A DNA stretch of 50,095 nucleotides from Patescibacteria group bacterium (GCA_038064895.1 JBBTSA010000005.1:1-50095), one strand, 5' to 3'. Positions 8,150 to 18,249 are shown, counted from the first letter of the stretch. Numbers and translations: made by a program. Notes: generated from the letters alone by a model not told the origin.

Positions 8150-8938
8150 TTAATTACCCTGCTTTTCTGAAGTGTTAGATTCTTCGGATGGTTTTTCTCC
8201 AGCCTCCCGCCCTTGGCGAGGCTCGCCTTCGGCGGCAGCTGGTGTTTCAGCAGATTCAGCTGGAGTCTGACCTTCTACTGGAGGAGCCTCCTCTTCAGCC
8301 CTCTCTACAACAGTCTCTGCAGCTTGAGCAGCTTTTTCAGCAGCCTCCTCTTCCAGAAGCTTTTCAGTTTCAGCTGAAACAGCAGGAGCAAGCTTTACAA
8401 CTATTTCTTCAGGATCCGCATGAATGGTAATTTTTTCTCTATCTATGGAAAGCTGGCTTACTGTTATGGCATCATCAATTGCAACAAGTTTAGATATATC
8501 AACTTCTATATTTTCAGGCAAATCCGTTGGTAGAGCTTCAACCTCCAACTCATTAACAGTTTGCAAAACTATTGCCTCACCCAGATGTACTGCCTCCGGC
8601 TGCTCACCTACTTGCACGACAGGCACAGCCACTTTAACTTTTTCAGAAAGATTAACCTGATAAAAATCAATGTGTATTGGGGAATCTGTAATGGGATCAT
8701 ACTGAACATCCCGGATAAGAACCGGTCTAACTTTTTCTGCACCAATCTTAAGATCAATTAAACCTGTTTCACCTGCCTGGTGAAAGGTCTTTAAAAAATC
8801 CCCTGCTTTAACAGCAACTGCCTCACTATCAACCCCTTTACCGAATACATGTCCTGGCAGAAGGCCATCTTTCCTTAAACTTTTTACTTTTTTACCCAAA
8901 ATTTTTCTTTCCTGTGCATGCAAACTTAACCTATCCAT
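8150..8938 (-). CDS. rplY: 50S ribosomal protein L25 (CTC form) with acidic tail
   Basis: GKKVKSLRKDGLLPGHVFG, HIDFYQV, EALPTDLPENIEVDIS. Confidence 0.96.
   Translation of the reverse strand: MDRLSLHAQERKILGKKVKSLRKDGLLPGHVFGKGVDSEAVAVKAGDFLKTFHQAGETGLIDLKIGAEKVRPVLIRDVQYDPITDSPIHIDFYQVNLSEKVKVAVPVVQVGEQPEAVHLGEAIVLQTVNELEVEALPTDLPENIEVDISKLVAIDDAITVSQLSIDREKITIHADPEEIVVKLAPAVSAETEKLLEEEAAEKAAQAAETVVERAEEEAPPVEGQTPAESAETPAAAEGEPRQGREAGEKPSEESNTSEKQGN
8201..8227. repeat. Palindromic element, in frame in the rplY tail
   Basis: Minus strand ggcgagcctcgcc-aag-ggcgggaggct matches jag 14397-14419 ggcgagcctcgcc-tct-ggcggga. Confidence 0.8.
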
Positions 8939-9027
8939 GGTCTAGTAATTTAACATATTCAGCTTTGCTTAGCAACAGCAAAAGAGGGCTTACCCCAAGG
9001 AAACCCATAGTATTCTCACGTGCAGGT

Positions 9028-9870
9028 TTATGCCAACCCAAGAATTATGACTCCTGATAGAAGAATACCTGCACCTACTAAAACTTGCAGCTTATGTCTG
9101 GGCTGGGTAATCTCTTTAAAATAAAACAGGCCCCAAAAGACAGCTATTAAAACTGCGAGCTGCGTCAAAGGAAAACCCTTTGCAAGACCAATTAAAGAAA
9201 CGGCAATGATGCTTAATAAATTTCCCAGACTCCATATTCCACCAGCTAACAAGCTACTAAATATTGCTTCATTTTTAAATCTGGCTTGTTTGAAAAGAAA
9301 AAAGATTACTCCAAACAAAACTATACCTACTGACATGGGGAAGAAAAAAGTGGACGGTGAAAGATTACCAACTTTTAAAGGCATCAGTTGAGAGCCAAAT
9401 AAAGTACCTGCAAGAACAGATAATAGAATTCCCCTTCTGATATTTTTATTCTCTACATTGCCAGTACTACCTACTAAAACTACCCCCAAAATTATTAAGA
9501 CAATACCTACCAAACCCTTCATTAAACCTGCGGGCAATTCTTGAAATGCAATCACCCCCCAGAGAAACGAAACCAGTATTACTACAGAAACCCAAATAGG
9601 CATAGCTCTGGATAATCCAATATCAGCAACCGCTTTCAAAGACATTGCGTTTGCTAAAGCCCAAAGAACACCTCCGGTGATACCGTATATATTTAGAGTT
9701 AACGGATATCCAAGAAAAGGTACTACAACTAAGGCAAATAGAAAAATACCAACAGTCATTAGAGCCTGAAACTGTATAAGATTAGCGGATGTTGACATCT
9801 TAAAAGGGACAATGTAAGAACCCCAAACCAAGGCTGCGCTTAAAGCGGTTAGCATACCTAAATTTTCCAT
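9028..9870 (-). CDS. GRP/GlcU-family sugar transporter (DMT superfamily)
   Basis: About 10 TM helices; WGS..VP.K, GLSRAMPI, GFPL.QL.VLIA..WG. Confidence 0.85.
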   Translation of the reverse strand: MENLGMLTALSAALVWGSYIVPFKMSTSANLIQFQALMTVGIFLFALVVVPFLGYPLTLNIYGITGGVLWALANAMSLKAVADIGLSRAMPIWVSVVILVSFLWGVIAFQELPAGLMKGLVGIVLIILGVVLVGSTGNVENKNIRRGILLSVLAGTLFGSQLMPLKVGNLSPSTFFFPMSVGIVLFGVIFFLFKQARFKNEAIFSSLLAGGIWSLGNLLSIIAVSLIGLAKGFPLTQLAVLIAVFWGLFYFKEITQPRHKLQVLVGAGILLSGVIILGLA

Positions 9871-9871
9871 G

Positions 9872-12649
9872 TTATTTAGTAAATACTACCTCAAAGCTTC
9901 TGTCTTTTGATAGATCTGTCTGGATGGTTTGTTCCTGAGGACCAATTTTTTGTCCGTCAGCTGACGGACTGCCGGATACTATCTGGTAGTTTATTGGGTA
10001 AGTGATTTTCCAATTCAAGGGATCACTTAAAGTCCCTGCCTGCTTTATGGCATCCAATCTGTAAACTACCTTCCCTTCTTTAAATTCAAACTTGCCAGGC
10101 ACTTCATAATCCAAAATAAAGGCTTTTTGTTGCTTTGGGGCAAGTTCTAAAACAAAAGAATACACTGATTTTCCAGAATCAACATATGCGTATGCATCTT
10201 TGGTTATATTAGCCTCTCCCCACAAAACTTTTGTGAGTTTTGTTCCTAATGGAAAATAAATTCTTAACCTGTTTTTATATTTTCCTGCAGGGTGAGTATA
10301 AGAAGGACTTTTATTTGTATAGTTTATTTTAAGATGGTGTTTTACTTCTCCGTCTTTACCAATTACAGTCTCAAGGTTATAACTCCTATCTAAATAGTAA
10401 TTAGCTTTATTTGCCCCCATATTTGCCTCAACCGGCGCAAGGAAATCTTGAAATTCACCACTTTCTGCCTCCTTCGCCCTTGGCAAAACACCATTCCATC
10501 CTTGGGATATCAAATAAGAAAAAAGTTTTGGATCATCCAAAAATATACTTACATGCTTTGTTTCCAAAGACTTGCCTAATGCGTTAACAATGCCTGCCCA
10601 ATTTTGATTAGGCAGGAAAAATAGCTTATTAAAAATTTGCGCTGTGAGTTTTGTTAGAAAACCCTTCTCATTATGCACTAGCGCTTTCTCAAATATATTT
10701 TCGGCAGGTCCCAAAACAGCTGAAAGATTATCTAAAGCTTTAATATCCAAAGTTATCACGCCCGCAACTGCTGTTCCGGTTTCCTGGTTAAAAAACCACT
10801 CTGCTTGTTTTGCAGATTGAGGGAAATCAGGCTCAAAATTTGAATCGCGCAAGTACCAGTCCTTCTGACCTAAATCTTCCTTAATTTCTTTTGGCGGCTC
10901 AACGTGAATTTTAAGCTGGCTATCTACTTCATCAATATCACCAAACTTAAGCTTCTTAAGCTTTCCCTTTTCAAAAGAAATAAGGCCATATGAAGAAATA
11001 AGGCCTCCTGTGGGCCGAAGCTCCATATTATCCTGTAGAAGTATTAGATAACTTTTATCTGATACGATTATTTTTGGCAAAATTATACTTGCAACATGAG
11101 CCTTTTTTACAACAGAGCTAAAATCTCCAACAAAATCTCCCAATACGGGTATCTTAATTTCATCTTTATTTATTCGCGCAGCCACAGTAGATAAACTATC
11201 ATCAGCAAATCCAAGTTCTACTTGAGCAGAGGCGAAGAAGTCAAAAGGCTCTTCTTTTGTCTCACCGGTTACGGCCCTAAGACCCTGGTATAGAAATCCA
11301 GTCCCCGCTGCAGCGCTTTGAATAGATGAAACTAGGGAGGAAGCAAGGTTTAAAATTTGATCTGCCCGGTCAAATTCTTCATTTACAAGATTGGTCCTTC
11401 GCAAAAGTTCTAATGAATTAATAATATTTTCAGCCTCGTCAATACCCACCTTCACTCTGGCAAGTGATGCCAGACTTTCATTAAAATCTCCTTTTGCCAA
11501 ACTATCCGAGGCCTTCTGTAGCTCAAATCTAAATGTTACAAAACCCCACCCTAAAGCAAATATTGGATAAACTATTCCTAAAACAATTATTGCAGTCGCA
11601 AAAAGTAAATAAAGATTTGGAATTCTTATCCTAAATTTTGGCGAACTGGGTTCTTTTTTTACAACCTTTGAGGCTTCCTCAACCTTGCTCTCGGATTGTT
11701 CTTTAAATTTTTCAAGTTCTTCTTTTTTCTCATACTCCCAGTTATCGTATCTTTTGGTTTGGGGTATTTCAACTTCATTATCTCTAAAGTAACTTAAAGT
11801 CTGCCTTAAGCTCCCAACCAATTTGGCTTTTGGTTTCCAGTTTAGAAACTTCATAGTTTTTTCCAAATTAGGTGTTGGCCAAGGAGGAAGTTCCGAGGGA
11901 CTAAATCCTTTTTGGTCATACCAAACAGGATCTAAAAGTACCTGCTTTATTTCAGATACTTTGATCGGAGTGGGCAGTACTCCGTCAAAGATTTTTTGGG
12001 CTGTTGAACCCGCAAAAATACTTTTAATCATTAGATCCACTGCATCCTGTACATACAGCGCTCTTGAGGAAAATTCCAAAGCCTCCTCCTTTTGAATCTC
12101 ACCCAGAAGTTGGGCCCAAATAAGCCTGATTGCCGGGTCAGGAGTCTCAAAATGCATTCCAGGACCAAATACGGGGCCCAGTCTTAAAATTCTTGCATTT
12201 AGATTATGTGCATGCGCAAACTTTGCCAAATGTACTTCTGCATCTTTGAACCACTTAAATCCCTCTTCATCCCTTTTGTCATATAGATTAATCCAGGAAA
12301 CAAACAAACATCTTGCCTGTCTTTCCAAAAATAAGTTTAACACCCCGTTAATATTCCAATCCTTACCGCAAACTATAAAAATATAATCAAGCCTTTCCAA
12401 ATTTAAATCCAGCTTCTCCGCATTTTCGTTTAAGAAATGAAACTTTTTATCTTTAACCGCTTTCCCGAGATTCTCCTTTTTCCCGGTTGAAAAATTATCC
12501 AATCCCACAACCTGAAGTCCCTTCTCAAGTAGAGCCTCAATCAGATTAGATCCCAAAAAGCCTGCGGCACCCACGACTAAAGCAGCAGGTGTGTTTCTCG
12601 AAAGCAATATTCTAGTTTTTTTGTTGATATTTTTGTCTTGTTCGTCCAC
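9872..12649 (-). CDS. NAD-dependent epimerase-like domain + TM + DUF4012-like extracellular domain
   Basis: LVVGAAGFLGS..GLDNFSTG at the N-terminus; YLILLQDNMELRPTGG, RDSNFEPDFP, ANMGANKAN. Confidence 0.85.
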   Translation of the reverse strand: MDEQDKNINKKTRILLSRNTPAALVVGAAGFLGSNLIEALLEKGLQVVGLDNFSTGKKENLGKAVKDKKFHFLNENAEKLDLNLERLDYIFIVCGKDWNINGVLNLFLERQARCLFVSWINLYDKRDEEGFKWFKDAEVHLAKFAHAHNLNARILRLGPVFGPGMHFETPDPAIRLIWAQLLGEIQKEEALEFSSRALYVQDAVDLMIKSIFAGSTAQKIFDGVLPTPIKVSEIKQVLLDPVWYDQKGFSPSELPPWPTPNLEKTMKFLNWKPKAKLVGSLRQTLSYFRDNEVEIPQTKRYDNWEYEKKEELEKFKEQSESKVEEASKVVKKEPSSPKFRIRIPNLYLLFATAIIVLGIVYPIFALGWGFVTFRFELQKASDSLAKGDFNESLASLARVKVGIDEAENIINSLELLRRTNLVNEEFDRADQILNLASSLVSSIQSAAAGTGFLYQGLRAVTGETKEEPFDFFASAQVELGFADDSLSTVAARINKDEIKIPVLGDFVGDFSSVVKKAHVASIILPKIIVSDKSYLILLQDNMELRPTGGLISSYGLISFEKGKLKKLKFGDIDEVDSQLKIHVEPPKEIKEDLGQKDWYLRDSNFEPDFPQSAKQAEWFFNQETGTAVAGVITLDIKALDNLSAVLGPAENIFEKALVHNEKGFLTKLTAQIFNKLFFLPNQNWAGIVNALGKSLETKHVSIFLDDPKLFSYLISQGWNGVLPRAKEAESGEFQDFLAPVEANMGANKANYYLDRSYNLETVIGKDGEVKHHLKINYTNKSPSYTHPAGKYKNRLRIYFPLGTKLTKVLWGEANITKDAYAYVDSGKSVYSFVLELAPKQQKAFILDYEVPGKFEFKEGKVVYRLDAIKQAGTLSDPLNWKITYPINYQIVSGSPSADGQKIGPQEQTIQTDLSKDRSFEVVFTK
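9952..9969. repeat. Perfect 18-bp palindrome, in frame
   Basis: gtccgtcagctgacggac = SPSADG. Confidence 0.75.
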
Positions 12650-12712
12650 GCGTAAATCGTAACACCAAGATGAATAAAAGCAAGAGAGATAAAACGTGAC
12701 ATTCTATGTCAT

Positions 12713-13120
12713 TTACCGGGAGTCTAGTGCGAGGTTTGCAAGTCTATCCGCAAGAGTATTTTTTGACCTAGGCACATGGCTAAACATTATCCCACCAAGT
12801 TCTAAAGATAAAAATTGAATTTTCTCGATAATGGGCTTTAAATGTTTAGCTTTAATTTTATATCTTCCAGATAGTTGTTCCGCCACAAGTTTTGAATCTA
12901 CATATAGTTCAATCCTCACTCGACCCTTAATGTTTTCCTTTATCCATCTTAGGGCTTCCAATACTGCTGTGTATTCAGCGACATTATTAGTAGTTACCCC
13001 AATGTATTTACCCTCTTCAAAAGTAAGTTTCCCTTTTTCATCAGAAATAGTAAAACCATACGACGAGTGACCTGGATTACCCCTTGATGCTCCGTCTGTA
13101 TATATAATAAGTTTTGTCAT
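12713..13120 (-). CDS. rnhA: Ribonuclease HI
   Basis: YTDGASRGNPG, TNNVAEY, DSKLV..Q, HVPR..N..AD.LAN. Confidence 0.95.
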   Translation of the reverse strand: MTKLIIYTDGASRGNPGHSSYGFTISDEKGKLTFEEGKYIGVTTNNVAEYTAVLEALRWIKENIKGRVRIELYVDSKLVAEQLSGRYKIKAKHLKPIIEKIQFLSLELGGIMFSHVPRSKNTLADRLANLALDSR

Positions 13121-14346
13121 TTACGAAGATAAAGTATGCCTATTTGGAGCATTAAAATCAAGTATTCCGAGATTCCAGTTATCCATGAGGCCCCGATATA
13201 AGAATATTTTGGAATAAACATAATATTCATTAAAGCATTAAAGATAAGCCCTACCAAATAAATTATGACCATTTCCTTATACATTTTCTTTGCAACCATT
13301 ATCCAAAGAGCCAATGCTGATAAAAAATAGGCTGGGAAACCAAAAGATAAGATTTGTAAGGATTCAACCGAACCAGCAAAACCTGCGCCTGTGATTAATT
13401 TGATTACTAATGGGGAAAGTATGTAGGTTAATACTAAAATACCAACAGAGCAAAAAAGGAGTCCTAAAACTGCAAGTCTAATCTGATAGCCAAATCTGGC
13501 AATATTTAGTTTAATTGTTTGGAGCATCATAGGGTAGAAAGAATTCATAATGAATGTCGGCAAAACTAGCACAGCTTGAAAAACCTGGTATGCTGTATTA
13601 TAAACTCCAACAACAGAAGAAGGATGGTAGAAAGATAGTATAAAGGCATCTAGCCTAAAATAAATTGTATTTAAAACAAGGGTAGCTGCTAGGGGCCAGG
13701 AGCCTGTAAACAGCAGTTTAGTAAACTTTATATCAAATATTGGGGTAACGTATTTAGTAAATTTAGAGGCAAGGAGTATTGTAGATACTCCATAGATAAT
13801 CCATGAAAGAACGTAGCCTAAGATTATCATTTGGACGGGAAAACCAGCTTTTGCCATAAGTATTATCGAGATTACTCCTGCTGGAGCAGAAAAAAGTACT
13901 GGAATTGCTCCAAATTCATATTTGAGTTTTGCCTGGAAAATACTATTAGCTGTTGAGTTAAGAGCATAAAAAAAGATAGTGATAACGCCTAAAATAACTG
14001 CAACCCTAAACTGTGGAGAAAATGAAGCCATTGGTAAAAAACCTGCTAAAAATAAGGCCAAAGCCATTAACAATATGCTCCATAATATCCTTGCCCCCAA
14101 AAGTTTTCTCCAAATAATTGGATAGTTTTTTTCCTGTAATTTTCCTAAAAGGTGAGCATTAAACCCAAAATCAGAAAAAATATAAAAAAAAGTAAGATAT
14201 GTTAAAGCAAGTGTAAATACGCCAGTACCGGCCTCACCATAGTTTCTACTAACTATTCCTAAAATAATAAAACCACCTATTGAGGTAATAACTTTAACGA
14301 CCGTCTGCCAGAAAGTTTGTTGGTATATCTTAAGAAGACTTTTCAC
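13117..14346 (-). CDS. Polysaccharide flippase (Wzx/MOP family)
   Basis: About 12 TM helices; SDFG, RLD..ILS, VGVYNTAY, N..FIPKY..IGAS. Confidence 0.88.
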   Translation of the reverse strand: MKSLLKIYQQTFWQTVVKVITSIGGFIILGIVSRNYGEAGTGVFTLALTYLTFFYIFSDFGFNAHLLGKLQEKNYPIIWRKLLGARILWSILLMALALFLAGFLPMASFSPQFRVAVILGVITIFFYALNSTANSIFQAKLKYEFGAIPVLFSAPAGVISIILMAKAGFPVQMIILGYVLSWIIYGVSTILLASKFTKYVTPIFDIKFTKLLFTGSWPLAATLVLNTIYFRLDAFILSFYHPSSVVGVYNTAYQVFQAVLVLPTFIMNSFYPMMLQTIKLNIARFGYQIRLAVLGLLFCSVGILVLTYILSPLVIKLITGAGFAGSVESLQILSFGFPAYFLSALALWIMVAKKMYKEMVIIYLVGLIFNALMNIMFIPKYSYIGASWITGISEYLILMLQIGILYLRK

Positions 14347-14893
14347 TTTTGAGTTTTGCCGCCTTTGGCCCAGCCTCGCTCTCGCTCGGCGAGGCGGGCG
14401 AGCCTCGCCTCTGGCGGGACTTCTGTTCTGCCGAAGGCAGGTTATTTGTTTTGAGTTTAATTACAATGTGTCTGTCTCTTCCTTCACCGACACTTTCGGA
14501 AACTAGCCCATCCATCTCGGATATACCCATATGCACAACTCTTCTTTGCCAGGGGGATTGTGGCTCAAGGACAAGCTCATGACCTTCCTCCAAAACCTGT
14601 TTGCCCCAAACTTCAGCCTGTTTTTTCAAATCTTCTTCTTTTTGCTTTCTCCAATTAGAAACATCCAAAATAACTCTTTTAAACCCTTCTTCTTCTATTT
14701 TTCTAGACATTATCTGATTAATGATCAGTTGCAGGCTTTCCAAAGACTCTCCTCTTACCCCAATTAGTCTTCCCGCATCATTTGTATCAATTGAAACAAA
14801 AAATCCTTCCTCTGTTTCATTTATCTCATAACTACCCTCCAAAAGAAGTAGGCCCAAAATATTATCCAATACATCTGATAGCTGCTGTTCCAT
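14330..14893 (-). CDS. jag: Jag/KhpB RNA-binding protein (KH + R3H)
   Basis: GRLIGVRGESLESLQ, RRVVH, SVGEGRDR; downstream of yidC; start MEQQL at 14893. Confidence 0.92.
   Translation of the reverse strand: MEQQLSDVLDNILGLLLLEGSYEINETEEGFFVSIDTNDAGRLIGVRGESLESLQLIINQIMSRKIEEEGFKRVILDVSNWRKQKEEDLKKQAEVWGKQVLEEGHELVLEPQSPWQRRVVHMGISEMDGLVSESVGEGRDRHIVIKLKTNNLPSAEQKSRQRRGSPASPSESEAGPKAAKLKSEKSS
14372..14441. repeat. Stacked GC-rich palindromes forming the Jag C-terminal tail
   Basis: gcctcgc...gcgaggc, gcctcgcctctggcggg, ctgccgaaggcag. Confidence 0.8.
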
Positions 14894-14907
14894 ATTACAA
14901 ATGTTTA

Positions 14908-15753
14908 TTATTTGGTGTTTGTGATTTGAAATTTGCCGATTATATCGGCCAGTCCTCCCCAACCCTGAATACGGTGCTGCTGGATTATACCCAATATTGT
15001 GTACACATTCCAGTAAACTGCAAGACCAACAGGGAAAGAGAATGCAAAATATCCAATCATTATTGGCATAAGATAAACCATTTGTGATTGTACCGCACTC
15101 ATTGTATCTTCCATTTTCTCTTTTTCTTTTGTCTCTTTTTGGGGCTCGCCTTTATGATGTGGAATTGCTTTTAGCATCATCATCTTAGACTGAATAAAGG
15201 TAAGAAAAGCTGTTATGAATGGGACCATAAGCAATCCAACACCATATTTCCCAAATTCAGAAGGCTTAACACCTAAATTTAATCCAAAAAAATTAGGATC
15301 TATGTGGGCGGGCAACTTAAGTTGGGAAGAATACAAAAGGCTGTTAACATGATCCAGATTGCCGCCCGCTCCCGGAATAATATTGATGATTGCCTGATAT
15401 AAAGCTATGAATACAGGTATTTGTATCAAAGCCGGCAAACAACCCCCGGCAGGATTAACGCCATGCTCTTTGTATAAGGCCATTTGAGCGGAAGCCAAGG
15501 CTTGTTTGTCATCTTTGTGTTTTTGTTTTAACTCTTCAAGATGAGGCTTTAAATCACCCATTTTTTTTGTGGCCTTTATTTGAGAAGTCATTAAAGGCCA
15601 GGCCAAAAATCTAATTAAAACAGTAAGGATTATTATTGCAAAGCCTAAAGCTCCAGGAATATGTGTTGCTTGTAGACCATGGAATATTAAAACCAAAAGA
15701 TTAATTATTGGGCCAAAAAAAAGCAGATTGAAAAGATCAAATATAAAACCCAT
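14908..15753 (-). CDS. yidC: Membrane protein insertase YidC
   Basis: AIIILTVLIR, LYKEHGVNP.GGCLP.LIQIP, GLAVYW. Confidence 0.96.
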   Translation of the reverse strand: MGFIFDLFNLLFFGPIINLLVLIFHGLQATHIPGALGFAIIILTVLIRFLAWPLMTSQIKATKKMGDLKPHLEELKQKHKDDKQALASAQMALYKEHGVNPAGGCLPALIQIPVFIALYQAIINIIPGAGGNLDHVNSLLYSSQLKLPAHIDPNFFGLNLGVKPSEFGKYGVGLLMVPFITAFLTFIQSKMMMLKAIPHHKGEPQKETKEKEKMEDTMSAVQSQMVYLMPIMIGYFAFSFPVGLAVYWNVYTILGIIQQHRIQGWGGLADIIGKFQITNTK

Positions 15754-15954
15754 TTATCTACACCCCCACAGCCTTTTTAGCCCAAGAAGTACACCTTTAT
15801 AAACTCCAAACCTCTGAATAGACTCTTTTGTATATTCGGAGCAGGTTGGGGCGTTTTTGCATGCTCCAAAGGGGGCAAGGAACATTAAAATACCCCTGTC
15901 AAAGGATAAGTATTTTTGATAAAACTCAATAAGGTTAATCAATATTTCTTTCAT
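15754..15954 (-). CDS. yidD: Membrane protein insertion efficiency factor
   Basis: C...PTCSEY....I.RFG...G..LGLKRL..C; conserved position. Confidence 0.92.
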   Translation of the reverse strand: MKEILINLIEFYQKYLSFDRGILMFLAPFGACKNAPTCSEYTKESIQRFGVYKGVLLGLKRLWGCR

Positions 15955-16279
15955 ATTCCTTCTTTAATATTTCCTCCAAATCCAAAAGCGCATCAGATGA
16001 TTTTACATCAAGAATACCAGGTTTGGGAATAGCCACAATAGAGATATTAGTTGGCAGTTGGGAGTATGCAGACTCAAAAGCTGAGGACACTAACCGTTTA
16101 GCTTTATTTCTAGCGGTGGCTTTTTTAAAAGTTTTAGAGGAAACTGCAATGCCAACTTTAGCTTGAGTACTCTGTCCATACTTCACATAGATTTTTAAGT
16201 ATTTAGTCTCAAGTTTCTTGCCGGATGCCACCCATTTAAAATCTTTTTTTAAATTAAGCCGCTTGGATTTTGGAAGCAT
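15935..16279 (-). CDS. rnpA: RNase P protein component
   Basis: MLPK..RL, GIAVSSK..KKATARNKAKR; conserved position. Confidence 0.93.
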   Translation of the reverse strand: MLPKSKRLNLKKDFKWVASGKKLETKYLKIYVKYGQSTQAKVGIAVSSKTFKKATARNKAKRLVSSAFESAYSQLPTNISIVAIPKPGILDVKSSDALLDLEEILKKEYERNID

Positions 16280-16416
16280 TAAACTGAGAGGCGAACTCTA
16301 CCCCTTGCCCTTCTTCTTTTTAAAACTTTCTGCCCACCAGAAGTAGCCATCCTTTTTCTAAAACCATGTTTTCTAACCCGCTTCAGTTTTTTGGGTTGAT
16401 ATGTTCTTTTAGGCAT
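16279..16416 (-). CDS. rpmH: 50S ribosomal protein L34 (not in ORF track)
   Basis: [45 protein letters not shown]. Confidence 0.98.
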   Translation of the reverse strand: MPKRTYQPKKLKRVRKHGFRKRMATSGGQKVLKRRRARGRVRLSV

Positions 16417-16516
16417 TTAATTCTCCATTATTTTTTTGGTTGACGTTTTTGGCGTAGCCAAAAAGGCAAGGTTCTGATGTCGAAGACATCAGGTTCTTAT
16501 AAACTCTCTTTGGCAT
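16409..16516 (-). other. 35-codon upstream ORF mimicking the rpmH start and carrying two hairpins
   Basis: [35 protein letters not shown]; TAAACT-N6-ATG; stop overlaps the rpmH start (ATGCCTAA). Confidence 0.55.
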
Positions 16517-16556
16517 GAGGGTAGTTTACTAAAAGCAACCTCGTAAAGCAACTAAA

Positions 16557-17534
16557 TTAACTTAAAGTAATATCCTCCAATCTCATATGTTCCTTTTCTA
16601 AAACATCACCTAGAAGCGGTCTATCTCCTTTCTGTTTCACATATTCCCTGGCTATTTTGATACATTTTGTTAAATGATCCGCTAATTGCTGGTATAGTTC
16701 ATGAGCTTTTGGATTTTCTTTAGCTGCTCTAAGGATTGCCAGTGCTTCATTCCATCTTCCCTCTAACCCTTCTGGGGTAGTATCTATTGGCCAATCTGCA
16801 GGGCCAAAATTTTGTCCAGGTTCAGATAACAAAGCTCGTCTTTCTATAGCAACATATTCCCTCAAATCTCCTTGTCTCGCATGTTGAAGGTAAGTTTCTA
16901 ATCTATTAACAGCCCTCTCCATACCTAATCTATTATACTGATCTACAATATTCCCTAAACCTCCAAGAAGTTGAAGAGCCTCGTCTGTAGGTTCTTGAAG
17001 ATCGTAATTATCCAGCACCTGTTGTACTAAAACCGCTGAAAGTCCTTCTAAATTTTGTTTAAGTCCTGTCTGCTCAACTAATTCCGGCTCTAAAGCTCCT
17101 AAGAAAGATACAAACCTGTTTCTGTTGGAAACATTAATCCTCATTTGACCTTCACCGGCTTGTTGTCCTAAAACCATAAGGGTTGCCCCTTTACCGGATA
17201 CTGGTTCAAGCGATAAACCAATTTTATCTAATGTGTCTTTATGAATAACAGCTAAGGCAGAAGCAGTCATTTTTTGATGATCTTCTTCTCGGCCAAGACT
17301 ATCAGGTGCTCTAGGTTCGTCATCATCTTCAAATCTTACTACTGAGAATAATGACCGCGCCATCATAGCTCCCATTGAAAATTGTTGATTGTATCTGTCT
17401 ATATCGGAAAATAGATGGCTTACCGCAGGAATTTTCACTTCATAAGGTTCTCTCTCTGTCTCTATTCTAACGGTAAGAGGTTGATCTGGTGTAGCAGCTT
17501 GTGGTTTTACATCCCCTGTTTGTTCTTCCGGCAT
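16557..17534 (-). CDS. Hypothetical protein
   Basis: 325-aa ORF; TATTAT-N6-ATG; no family recognised. Confidence 0.75.
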   Translation of the reverse strand: MPEEQTGDVKPQAATPDQPLTVRIETEREPYEVKIPAVSHLFSDIDRYNQQFSMGAMMARSLFSVVRFEDDDEPRAPDSLGREEDHQKMTASALAVIHKDTLDKIGLSLEPVSGKGATLMVLGQQAGEGQMRINVSNRNRFVSFLGALEPELVEQTGLKQNLEGLSAVLVQQVLDNYDLQEPTDEALQLLGGLGNIVDQYNRLGMERAVNRLETYLQHARQGDLREYVAIERRALLSEPGQNFGPADWPIDTTPEGLEGRWNEALAILRAAKENPKAHELYQQLADHLTKCIKIAREYVKQKGDRPLLGDVLEKEHMRLEDITLS

Positions 17535-17621
17535 AGATACATAATAACAAACTGGGATTATTTTTCAATTAAGAAAAGTTATTATTCATTTTTAAGAATC
17601 AGTTGCAGATGGTGGAAGTTT

Positions 17622-17858
17622 TCATTTTACCTTTTCAAGCAACTCAAAATAACGATCTCTTGATATCCCTGCTGTAGTTAAATTAGTTCTAATATGAGTT
17701 ACAGCCACATTGTGAGGACTGGTTTTAATAACAACCGGTCTTCTAACCCCAGGCTTAGTCATCGCGATATGGTCGCCTCTCTTTCTAGAAACCTGGAAAC
17801 TCTCCAGTTCAAAAATCTGGACTAATTTTTTGTAATTCAGGGGAACAATCTTTGGCAT
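17622..17858 (-). CDS. hicA: HicA toxin
   Basis: LVQIFELESFQVSRKRGDHIAM...RPVVI...AGIS.D.YFELL. Confidence 0.88.
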   Translation of the reverse strand: MPKIVPLNYKKLVQIFELESFQVSRKRGDHIAMTKPGVRRPVVIKTSPHNVAVTHIRTNLTTAGISRDRYFELLEKVK

Positions 17859-18122
17859 TTAAATTCCCAACGCCATGCGTTCGGTAACCAAAGGATCATT
17901 ACTACGCCACTCTTTATTCTTAGGCTTGAAACCTGCCTCAATTAAGACATCATCCAAACTTCCCATCCTTTTGCATTCTTCTAAGAATAATGCTACAGCT
18001 TCACGAAGAGACCTTCTGGCCTCTTTTTGCGACTTTCCAAAACTGGAAACATTAAGTTCAGGAGCAACAGCAACATAAAGGTTACCCTCTTTAAATATTT
18101 CAATACGGAAATCTAGTTTCAT
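17859..18122 (-). CDS. hicB: HicB antitoxin (short form)
   Basis: KEG..YVA..PEL.VSSFG.S..EA...L.EA..LFLE. Confidence 0.9.
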   Translation of the reverse strand: MKLDFRIEIFKEGNLYVAVAPELNVSSFGKSQKEARRSLREAVALFLEECKRMGSLDDVLIEAGFKPKNKEWRSNDPLVTERMALGI

Positions 18123-18230
18123 AGCAAAACTATTTTACTTTTTCCAAAGTCAGAAAACAAGTCCAAAATTTTTGATATACTTTTAAGTAGTTTTGCTATC
18201 TTGTCAAGAAAAACTTTGTGGACTATGGTT

Positions 18231-18249
18231 TGTGGATAAGTTTTCCACA
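18231..18249. promoter_or_regulatory. DnaA boxes upstream of dnaA
   Basis: TGTGGATAA (18231) and TTTTCCACA (18241). Confidence 0.85.

Noticed and set aside
18121-18199. 12-bp inverted repeat atagcaaaacta/tagttttgctat as IS ends
   Set aside because: Only 55 bp apart with no transposase; at most an operator for hicBA, which I cannot support further.
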